IMG/VR virus record: IMGVR_UViG_3300037071_002456
Location: 1 to 33,142 of that record
DNA: 33,142 nucleotides
Origin: a virus
Lineage: Duplodnaviria > Caudoviricetes
Strand: one strand, 5' to 3'
Positions 17,160 through 23,972 of this stretch are shown here, piece after piece. The translations under genes were made by a program, and so were the position numbers. The notes beneath the pieces are model-generated. The model was not told the DNA's origin and searched no databases. It saw only the letters and a list, made by a program, of their open reading frames with translations. Within the stretch, counting starts at the first letter, position 1. Each line of letters begins with the position of its first letter.

Positions 17160-18013
17160 GCTGGGTCTCCTTCTCCCATGAGGGCCGAAGCGGCCCTATC
17201 TTCGATGGCCTCTAGGGCTCCACGATACCTCACGATGTCCGCGTCCTTGACGTCACCCGCGGCACGACAGGCGATGAGCTCAAGGGTCAGTCGCGCTATC
17301 TCATCGGCGCATTCGTCGGGCGGTTGGGTGGCCTCGCACTCGGCGAGGGCCGCTTGCACCGCGGCCAGCTCCGCTTCCTTGGCCGTCAGGGCCTCGGTGA
17401 CCTGGCCGACCTCTTGCGTCTTGGCCAGGGCTACCGCACGGGTCGCCACGAGCTGGCGCTGTATCTGCTCGTAGTCGGGTGGCGTGAAGAGGATGTCGAG
17501 AAACGCTCCGGCGCGACCGTCGGGGATGGTGCCCTGATAGACCACGTCGTTGTCGAAGGGCGACTCGATCTTCGGATAGACCAGCAGCTCGCCGCAGCGG
17601 TCGGCGAAGATCTCTGCCGGCATCCGGTCAGACGCTCCAGCCGTCCAGCCCGAGTTCGCGACGCTGGCCGGCTCCATCAGCGCCGTAAGGTCGTCGCGCT
17701 GCGACCGGACCAGGTATGCCGCATCGAGTGGCACATGTCCATGCTCATGCCCGATGACGTAGAGGGTCCGGGCTCGCGGCATCCCACGGAGGATCTGCAC
17801 CTTCATCTGCGAGTAGATCGCGTTGCCCTGACGCGGACCGCTGCCCACCGAGGGCGGCAAAGCCGGCATCTGGTTGGCAGGCAGGAACTCCACCGTCGTC
17901 ATCCTGTCGATGCGTTCCCACGGGAACGTCGACCGCTGACGCCACTCGCGCCAGATGGCGAGTTCGTCAGTGGTGCCAGAGACCCTGAAGTTGCCGATCG
18001 TCTGGGTAGGCAT
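17156..18013 (-). CDS. Zincin-like metallopeptidase (HExxH...E) with C-terminal coiled coil
   Basis: 285 aa. YVIGHEHGH motif and downstream PAEIFAD third-ligand motif; heptad-rich C-terminus. Confidence 0.65.
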   Translation of the reverse strand: MPTQTIGNFRVSGTTDELAIWREWRQRSTFPWERIDRMTTVEFLPANQMPALPPSVGSGPRQGNAIYSQMKVQILRGMPRARTLYVIGHEHGHVPLDAAYLVRSQRDDLTALMEPASVANSGWTAGASDRMPAEIFADRCGELLVYPKIESPFDNDVVYQGTIPDGRAGAFLDILFTPPDYEQIQRQLVATRAVALAKTQEVGQVTEALTAKEAELAAVQAALAECEATQPPDECADEIARLTLELIACRAAGDVKDADIVRYRGALEAIEDRAASALMGEGDPA

Positions 18014-18546
18014 CAGCGGCCTCGGAACAGTTCGACGATCAGCGCCAGCATGAAGCCGCCGACCGTGGCCAGGAGGGCGAAGAAGGCCATCGTGCGGCGG
18101 ATACCCTCATCACGTTCCTTCTCGCGGTGCAAGGTCGACGCCTCACGCTCCTGCTCCCGCGCCACCCGGGCGATGTCGGCGTCCTCGAGCTTGTCGACGC
18201 GAGTACTCAGCGGCTCGTGGGCCGTCCGGTACTCGGAGCGCGGCAAGTGGTCGCGACTCTCGCGGTCGGCCAGTTCCGTCAGCGTGTCCAGGCGGCTGAT
18301 GATGGCGGCCTTCTCGGCCTGGTTCTCGTCCTTCGACACGAACGACTGCTGCGCGTCCCGGAGCGATGCCCGGATCTCGTTCATCCCGTCCAGGCGCTTG
18401 TCCATCGCGTCGACCGCCACCTGGATGGCCTGACGGGAGTTGGCGTGCTCGCGGAGGTGTCCCTGCTCGTGCGCCGCGTGCTCGCGCTGATGCGCCTTGA
18501 TCAGCGACTCGATGTACCCCCGGAGCGTGACTTCCCGACCGGGCAC
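18013..18546 (-). CDS. Coiled-coil protein with C-terminal TM anchor (lysis-associated type)
   Basis: 177 aa. MDKRLDGMNEIRASLRD coiled coil; C-terminal MAFFALLATVGGFMLALIVELF. Confidence 0.65.
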   Translation of the reverse strand: MPGREVTLRGYIESLIKAHQREHAAHEQGHLREHANSRQAIQVAVDAMDKRLDGMNEIRASLRDAQQSFVSKDENQAEKAAIISRLDTLTELADRESRDHLPRSEYRTAHEPLSTRVDKLEDADIARVAREQEREASTLHREKERDEGIRRTMAFFALLATVGGFMLALIVELFRGR

Positions 18547-18568
18547 TCACGACATCCTGGTAACGAGA

Positions 18569-18603
18569 GCCGCCGTCGGAGAGAGGGTCAAACCGACGGC
18601 GGC
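18569..18603. promoter_or_regulatory. Perfect 11-bp inverted repeat in the early/late intergenic gap
   Basis: GCCGCCGTCGG (18569-18579), 13-nt loop, CCGACGGCGGC (18593-18603). Confidence 0.6.
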
Positions 18604-18666
18604 ACAGGGAGCGGGAGTCTGCAACGTCTTCACTTGTGCGGGCAGCGTACAGCATCGGCGCAAGCG

Positions 18667-19065
18667 TCAAGCCTCGTCCTCGTCACGAGGCAGCAGGAAG
18701 AACCTGGACATCGTTCCCGAGTCGCCGTAGCCCGGCACGACTGAGCCAGCCTCTTCGGTGTTCCATCCGGTCACCCCGCCATCGGCGTCAACGGAGCGGG
18801 TGTAGGTGTTCGGTGACTTCGTGCCGGTAGCCTTCGGCGTCGGCGCAGGCACGTCCAGCCCTAGCCCGCGCTGCGTGCCGTTCAGCCTTGCCTCGGCGAT
18901 GGCGACGTAGGAGGGGTCTTGCTCGATGCCGATCCATGCGAAGCCTTCCTGCTCGGCGGCGATGAGGGTGCTGCCACTGCCTGCGAACGGGTCCAGGACG
19001 GTGCCGCCGGTCGGCGTCACCAGCCTCACGAGATGGCGCATCAGGGCGAGGGGCTTCACCGTCAC
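18667..19065 (-). CDS. DNA methyltransferase C-terminal half (SAM-binding motif I)
   Basis: MTVKPLALMRHLVRLVTPTGGTVLDPFAGSGSTLIAAEQEGFAWIGIEQDPSYVAIAEARL continues the upstream MTase in another frame. Confidence 0.85.
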   Translation of the reverse strand: MTVKPLALMRHLVRLVTPTGGTVLDPFAGSGSTLIAAEQEGFAWIGIEQDPSYVAIAEARLNGTQRGLGLDVPAPTPKATGTKSPNTYTRSVDADGGVTGWNTEEAGSVVPGYGDSGTMSRFFLLPRDEDEA

Positions 19066-20441
19066 GTCGGATGCGCGTTGAGACGCGCACCCGAGCGGGC
19101 ATCACCTCCTTCCGGCCGGATCGCAGGCTCGCGCTCGTTGCGGGCGCTCTTGGGGATGAGGAAGAAGCGGGAGTAGGTGCCGGTGTCGCCGTAGGTCGCG
19201 TCCTCAGTGACCACGGGGCGTTCGCCATAGATCGTGTTGCCGCTCCATGCGCCAGGCGTCTTGTTGCGGTTGACCGCCACGCCGGCCTTGACGTCGCCCC
19301 CGCCCACTACGCCCTCGACCCCACCCGAGAAGATGTCGTCGGTCAAGATAACGTTCGCGGGCCACCTTCCAGCCGGACCGTCGATGCGATCCGTCGGACG
19401 CTCATGCGTTCCGCCGAAGTTGGTTCCGCCCGCACCGTTCGGGTAGCTGTACGGCTCCGCAGCGATGCGCGTCCCGTCGATGTTCAGCGCGCCGGTCCCG
19501 TGGCGAAGCAAGTTCTCCGCGACGCTGCCAGCGAAGGGCTTGCGGGCCATGACGATGGGCTCCCAGGCGGGCTTGAGCGCGGTGCCCCAGCCTTGCCACT
19601 TCTCGGCGTCGGGCGTGGCGGGTGCGGTGATGTTGGCCTCGACTTCACGGCGCTCGCCCATGCGGAGTTCGAGCGAGCTGCCACCACCTTGCACCATCGT
19701 CCGCTCGCGGATGACCTCACGCTGGTCCCACGCTTCGCCAGGCTTGCCCTTGCGACCGTTGAGCCGCCATACCTCGGCATCCATCTCGTCACCGAAGCCG
19801 AGCAGCGCCTTGAGCACGAGCCACTGGTCCCAGGTCGGGCAATGGGCTTGCGGGTCCACGCGCTCGCCCATCCACTTGTGGACCATCCGCGAGTCGACCG
19901 CGAAGTGATCGGCGACTTCCGCCACGCTGCGACTTGCTGCGACACGAGCCGCCCACAGGAACTCCCGCACGGGTTGTAGGTCGTCATGGCGCATCCGGTC
20001 GATGGCCTTCGATACGTCGTGACTCTTCGGGAAGCCGCTGGCGTAGGCCCAGACCAGCGTGTCGCGGATGATCCACCCGGCGTCCTCGATGGCGCAGGCC
20101 AGGCGATGGCTGGTGCGCGTCCCGCCGAAGGCCAGCAGGTAGGCGCCGGGCTTGGCGACACGGAGAGCTTCGGCGGCCCAGCGGTGGTGCCACTCCTGCG
20201 ATGCGAGCGTCGAGTTTCGGGCGTCGCTGTTGCCCCAGCCGGGACGGTAGAACGGCGACACCGACTTGCCAGTCGCGTCGGGGTGCCGGTCGCGGAGGTC
20301 ATCCACGCCCTGACGCCCCGCCACGTCCCACTCCTTGCCCATGAAGCCGAGCAAGTAGGGCGGATCGCAGACGATGGCGTCGACGGACTCGGCGGGCATC
20401 GCCGCCATGACCTCTACGCAGTCGCCCAGGTGAATGGTCAA
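19062..20441 (-). CDS. DNA N6-adenine/N4-cytosine methyltransferase (beta class), N-terminal half with DPPY and inserted HTH; split from its C-terminal half
   Basis: Start TTG 20441 (TTGA overlap). IHLGDCVEVM..ESVDAIVCDPPY, FGGTRT, GFPKS, GWGTALKPAWEPIVMARKP, GRWPANVI, SRFF; ends NAHPT*. Confidence 0.85.
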   Translation of the reverse strand: MTIHLGDCVEVMAAMPAESVDAIVCDPPYLLGFMGKEWDVAGRQGVDDLRDRHPDATGKSVSPFYRPGWGNSDARNSTLASQEWHHRWAAEALRVAKPGAYLLAFGGTRTSHRLACAIEDAGWIIRDTLVWAYASGFPKSHDVSKAIDRMRHDDLQPVREFLWAARVAASRSVAEVADHFAVDSRMVHKWMGERVDPQAHCPTWDQWLVLKALLGFGDEMDAEVWRLNGRKGKPGEAWDQREVIRERTMVQGGGSSLELRMGERREVEANITAPATPDAEKWQGWGTALKPAWEPIVMARKPFAGSVAENLLRHGTGALNIDGTRIAAEPYSYPNGAGGTNFGGTHERPTDRIDGPAGRWPANVILTDDIFSGGVEGVVGGGDVKAGVAVNRNKTPGAWSGNTIYGERPVVTEDATYGDTGTYSRFFLIPKSARNEREPAIRPEGGDARSGARLNAHPT

Positions 20442-20797
20442 AACGGGATCGAGCCGTTGCGTCGCCCCAGCGAGATCTCGAAGCCCTTGACCACCCTGTT
20501 CGCCCCGCCGCGAGCATGCTCGAGCTTGCCGAGGTAGACCTTGACGCGGCGCTCGCAGTGATCGCAGAAGCCGGTGCCGGTCGTGTCGCTGACGGGATGG
20601 CGCGACGTGCCGACGGGCTGCGGGATGGGCGGCACGGCCTTCGATGGCTTGTGGGGAGCGTAGTCCTGGAGCTCGCCGTGCCAGCCGCAGACGCAGGAGG
20701 CCGGGGCGGTCGGGTAGTGCCCTTCGGGGCCGGGCGGCGTGCCGACGTAGCGGACGTCCTCGATGCGATGCGCGGAGTTGCGCGGGCCGGTCGCCAT
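20438..20797 (-). CDS. Hypothetical Cys/His-rich protein
   Basis: 119 aa; ASCVCGW and FCDHC motifs; coupled at both ends. Confidence 0.6.
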   Translation of the reverse strand: MATGPRNSAHRIEDVRYVGTPPGPEGHYPTAPASCVCGWHGELQDYAPHKPSKAVPPIPQPVGTSRHPVSDTTGTGFCDHCERRVKVYLGKLEHARGGANRVVKGFEISLGRRNGSIPF

Positions 20798-21231
20798 CAG
20801 TCGGGCTGGCCTCCGGTGAGGGCACGGCGGGCGGCGATGCGTTCATCGATGCTCCACGTATCCCCTGAGGTCGCCGTCAGCAGTTTCTCCAGCGCCGACT
20901 CGAACGCCTCCACCCGCGAACGCAGGGCGGCGTCGTCGGGGGTGGAGGCGAGAGCTTCGTGGGCAAGCTCCTGCACCTTCAGCATCCCCGCACATGTGGG
21001 GTCGTGCTTGCCCTCGAACCGGCACCAGTGAGGCTCGCCGTCGGTCGGGACATTCGTAACGGTGATGCGAAGCGCGCCGAGAACCTGTCGCAGAGCCTCT
21101 CGCACCCCCGGCCCGCCCGCAGCTTCCTGCGGCGGCTGGGCATGGTTGGCTGGCATGTTGGTAGTCGGGTTCGCCCTGAGCGGGTCGTTGGCCGTGAACG
21201 TGCTGAACTTGTGCCGCCTCGGCTCGTTCAC
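20797..21231 (-). CDS. Hypothetical early protein
   Basis: 144 aa; fits the overlap chain; HWC...HDPTC motif. Confidence 0.55.
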   Translation of the reverse strand: MNEPRRHKFSTFTANDPLRANPTTNMPANHAQPPQEAAGGPGVREALRQVLGALRITVTNVPTDGEPHWCRFEGKHDPTCAGMLKVQELAHEALASTPDDAALRSRVEAFESALEKLLTATSGDTWSIDERIAARRALTGGQPD

Positions 21232-21617
21232 AGCGGACTCCCTTCCGAGTCGAGTCGGGCGAGGGCTTCGCGGAGAGCGTCGTATGACGACTTGTGGACG
21301 GCGCTGAGACCGCTCGACGTGTTATGAGCATCAAGGAACTCGACTCCAGCGACGAGTTCCTGCGCGGCCTCGGCGATGCCTAGCAGCCATTCGACGTCGC
21401 GGCGGGCGGCGGCGATGAGTGCCTGATTCGCAAGCGACCCGCCTACGCAGGGATCGCCCTTGGCGAAGCACGACTCGCAGACCTGCACGGTCAGGACGCC
21501 TTCGCCGTTCGCTAGCGTCGTGCCAGTCGATAGACCGATGGCTCCTGAGTCCGCAACCCACTTCCACGGGCCGGGCGTCGCGGCTTCCAGCCTTGCTCGG
21601 ATGGCTGCCAGGCTCAT
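21228..21617 (-). CDS. Ead/Ea22-like protein
   Basis: Start reassigned to ATG 21617. LAAIRARLEAATPGPW...NQALIAAARRDVEWLL is the Ea22-like N-terminal signature. Confidence 0.7.
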   Translation of the reverse strand: MSLAAIRARLEAATPGPWKWVADSGAIGLSTGTTLANGEGVLTVQVCESCFAKGDPCVGGSLANQALIAAARRDVEWLLGIAEAAQELVAGVEFLDAHNTSSGLSAVHKSSYDALREALARLDSEGSPL

Positions 21618-22105
21618 GGCTTGACCCCATCCAAGCCGCTCACGGCGACGTGGTCGCGCATCTCGAGGACGACGTAGCGCCGCGTGGCGTGGCCGCTTCC
21701 GGGACGGTCGCTGACGACGAGCAGCGGCACGCGGCCCCCGGTCCGCGGGAGCTTCTGGAGCTCGGCCCAGACCCGCTCGCTGAACCATCCGCCAGCCTTG
21801 CTCTGGACGACGAATAGCTCACCGACCTGGACATCATCAGGGCCGCCGAACTGGCCGGTGCGCTTGCCGCCGTAGGCTTTGGCGATCTGGCGCTCGGCGT
21901 CCTTGCCAGCGCGGAGGCTGGTGCGGCCACGACGGGAGCGGGCTTCGTCCTTGACGACGCGGCACCGAGCGCAGACCCACCTATCCACACCACTCGTCGG
22001 CTCGAACACCCGTGCCCACTGATGGCGCCGGCACTTCCGCGGCTCCGGCGCTCCGAGGTTCGGGTCGGTGGGAGTGGCGAAGGGCATGGCGTCCAGGTCG
22101 TTCAT
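21614..22105 (-). CDS. Hjc-like PD-(D/E)XK Holliday junction resolvase with N-terminal zinc finger
   Basis: CRRHQW...CARC, then GKDAERQIA...PDD...FVVQSK...PLLVV. Confidence 0.65.
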   Translation of the reverse strand: MNDLDAMPFATPTDPNLGAPEPRKCRRHQWARVFEPTSGVDRWVCARCRVVKDEARSRRGRTSLRAGKDAERQIAKAYGGKRTGQFGGPDDVQVGELFVVQSKAGGWFSERVWAELQKLPRTGGRVPLLVVSDRPGSGHATRRYVVLEMRDHVAVSGLDGVKP

Positions 22106-23004
22106 TCGTCGTACCCCATCACCTTGCGCATCTCAGCGCGGCGTTCGTACTCAGCCCGGAACCGCTCATCGCGTTGCTTGGAGGTCTCCTCGATGCGGTC
22201 TTCGCGCTCCAGCGCCCGAAGGTCGGGCTTCGGGTGTAGGGCATCGATGGCACCGAAGACGAACCCCTTGACGTCACCGTCCTCGACGCCGGCCTCACTG
22301 AGACGGTCGAACCACCCGATGACCGCGTTGACGCCGTGGCGCTCGACGGTCATCACGAGCTGGCGGTGGAAGCCGTTGCCAGGGTTGATGTAGCAGCCGT
22401 GTCGACCGAGCCATTGCAGGGCAGGGAACTCCGGTTCGTCGTCTTCCCCCCCTAGAACCCCCCCGCTAGCTTCCGAAGACAAAGGACTATCAACAGGTGA
22501 CAGCGACAGTGCGCGCGTACCACTGTCAGTGGTGTCATCACTCTGAACGTCACTCTCAGCGTCACTGTGAGCGTCACGGTACTTGCCTTGTCTCAGGGAG
22601 TGTTCCCTTTGATGACGAGGCCAGTCGTGTACCACGAGGGTGCCATCAGGGAACGGCCCTCGACCTCTGAGGCAGACCTTCTGGCGTGCCTCGTCACAGA
22701 AGTTCGGTGCCCGATGGATGAGTCCGGCCTTGAGGTAGCCATCCAGACACCGGGCGTGCCGGCCCATCATCTCGACCCACTGTCCGGGTGTGAAGGTGCC
22801 CTGTCGATAGAGCAGCTTGGCCTCGCCGAGAGCGACGATCCAGCCGTAGCGGGCGGTGTCGCTGGGGAGGGAGGTCATCTTCTCGCTGCGCCTGATCGTG
22901 GCGTCTACAGCGAACCAAGGAACCGTCATCTCTGCAACCTCTATAGCGCGATCAGCCGGGCCGGAGGTTGCAGCCACGACAGCTCCGGCCGACCGCATAG
23001 TCAT
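22102..23004 (-). CDS. Phage replication initiator (RepA/DnaD-like)
   Basis: 300 aa. WFAVD N-terminus, LVVHDWPRHQ motif, low-complexity linker carrying DNA repeats. Confidence 0.65.
   Translation of the reverse strand: MTMRSAGAVVAATSGPADRAIEVAEMTVPWFAVDATIRRSEKMTSLPSDTARYGWIVALGEAKLLYRQGTFTPGQWVEMMGRHARCLDGYLKAGLIHRAPNFCDEARQKVCLRGRGPFPDGTLVVHDWPRHQREHSLRQGKYRDAHSDAESDVQSDDTTDSGTRALSLSPVDSPLSSEASGGVLGGEDDEPEFPALQWLGRHGCYINPGNGFHRQLVMTVERHGVNAVIGWFDRLSEAGVEDGDVKGFVFGAIDALHPKPDLRALEREDRIEETSKQRDERFRAEYERRAEMRKVMGYDE
22521..22580. repeat. Five degenerate 12-bp tandem repeats (putative iterons)
   Basis: TCA core at 22526, 22538, 22550, 22562 and 22574. Minus-strand units accgtgacgctc, acagtgacgctg, agagtgacgttc, agagtgatgaca, ccactgacagtg. 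Confidence 0.65.
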
Positions 23005-23156
23005 TGTACTCGCTCAGGACACCGATGCAAGCGCCAGCCGCGCCAGCGTCGCGAGAAGATGCCAGGCCCGCCCTGGTCCTTCCCGTAGACCACGGAGCGC
23101 CGGCAGCCCTGACACGGGATGGGCCCCAACAAGATCCGCAGCGACTCGGCTCTCAT
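23001..23156 (-). CDS. Small Zn-binding protein (51 aa)
   Basis: Start ATG 23156; MRAESLRILLGPIPCQGCRRSVVYG...LHRCPE. Confidence 0.55.
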   Translation of the reverse strand: MRAESLRILLGPIPCQGCRRSVVYGKDQGGPGIFSRRWRGWRLHRCPERVQ

Positions 23157-23440
23157 GCCAGCGCCAGCGGTGACACGGCGCGGAGACTGCATCGCGGCTG
23201 GTGGCACTTGCCCTCGGGCTCGCACCATTCGCAGAAGGCCGCCACGCCGCGCTCGAGGGCACGCAGGCGGTCACGCTCCATGTCAGTGAGCCGTCGACGG
23301 GCCAGCGGCACCGGATGCTTCGGACGGTTGCCGGAGCTCACGCAGTCCTTGCAGCGGTACTCCAGGCCATCGGGCCGCGATGCGTCCCGGTGGTACTCCG
23401 TCCTCGGGAGCTCGCGGCGGCAGGCACTGCAGGTCTTCAT
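23153..23440 (-). CDS. Zinc-finger protein (type found N-terminal to HNH/endonuclease VII domains)
   Basis: MKTCSACRRELPRTEYHRDASRPDGLEYRCKDC; no nuclease domain follows. Confidence 0.65.
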   Translation of the reverse strand: MKTCSACRRELPRTEYHRDASRPDGLEYRCKDCVSSGNRPKHPVPLARRRLTDMERDRLRALERGVAAFCEWCEPEGKCHQPRCSLRAVSPLALA

Positions 23441-23670
23441 CCGACCAGCCCCAGCGGCTTGGGCTTGCCGCAGCGGTCGCAGATGTACGCCTGATGAAGT
23501 CGGGCGAAGTGCGCCTCAGCGTCTGAGCAGTTCGGTGGGCAGGTGTATTTCCAGTCCCACTGATGGTATTCCGGAGTGCAGAAGTCGCAGTCGCCACAAG
23601 GCAAGCCATCGTCTCCGCATTCGGGATTGTGCCGACTCATGCCGCCTTGCCTCAGGCACTCGGCTCTCAT
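23437..23670 (-). CDS. Cys-rich small protein with chimeric ends
   Basis: MRAECLR...CGDCDFC...CPPNC...CDRCGKPKPLGLVG; the internal ATG (MSRHN) is an alternative start. Confidence 0.5.
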   Translation of the reverse strand: MRAECLRQGGMSRHNPECGDDGLPCGDCDFCTPEYHQWDWKYTCPPNCSDAEAHFARLHQAYICDRCGKPKPLGLVG

Positions 23671-23972
23671 ATCTTCGGTCCCGATACCCACTCGACCGAA
23701 TGGCGGTATTGCGAGCAGCCCGGTTCGTAGCCATCTGACTCTCGGTAGAGCACGGCCACCTTCTCGTCGGCCCATGCCCAGTGCATCGGGCCACACACGA
23801 GGATGTCGTCGGCCTTGAGGCCGAACCGCTCATCACCTAGGAGCAGGCGGTAACGGGATGGCTTGAAAGCCGTCGCCGTCACGTAGTGGACTCCCCCGGC
23901 CGGGAGCGGGTCGCCGGGCCGATGCGGACAATATGAGCAACGACCAGGTAAGAAGCCAGTCGACTTGTTCAT
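23667..23972 (-). CDS. Hypothetical protein
   Basis: 101 aa; ATGA overlaps at both ends. Confidence 0.6.
   Translation of the reverse strand: MNKSTGFLPGRCSYCPHRPGDPLPAGGVHYVTATAFKPSRYRLLLGDERFGLKADDILVCGPMHWAWADEKVAVLYRESDGYEPGCSQYRHSVEWVSGPKI

Larger units (their letters stand above)
23144..23670. repeat. 13-bp direct repeat pair at gene starts (R2)
   Basis: ACTCGGCTCTCAT at 23144-23156 and 23658-23670; encodes MRAE on the minus strand. Confidence 0.8.

Noticed and set aside
20442-20846. N-terminal 135 aa of the 594-aa MTase ORF
   Set aside because: It overlaps ORF 20438-20797 and is Arg-rich shadow sequence; MTase similarity starts at TIHLGDC.
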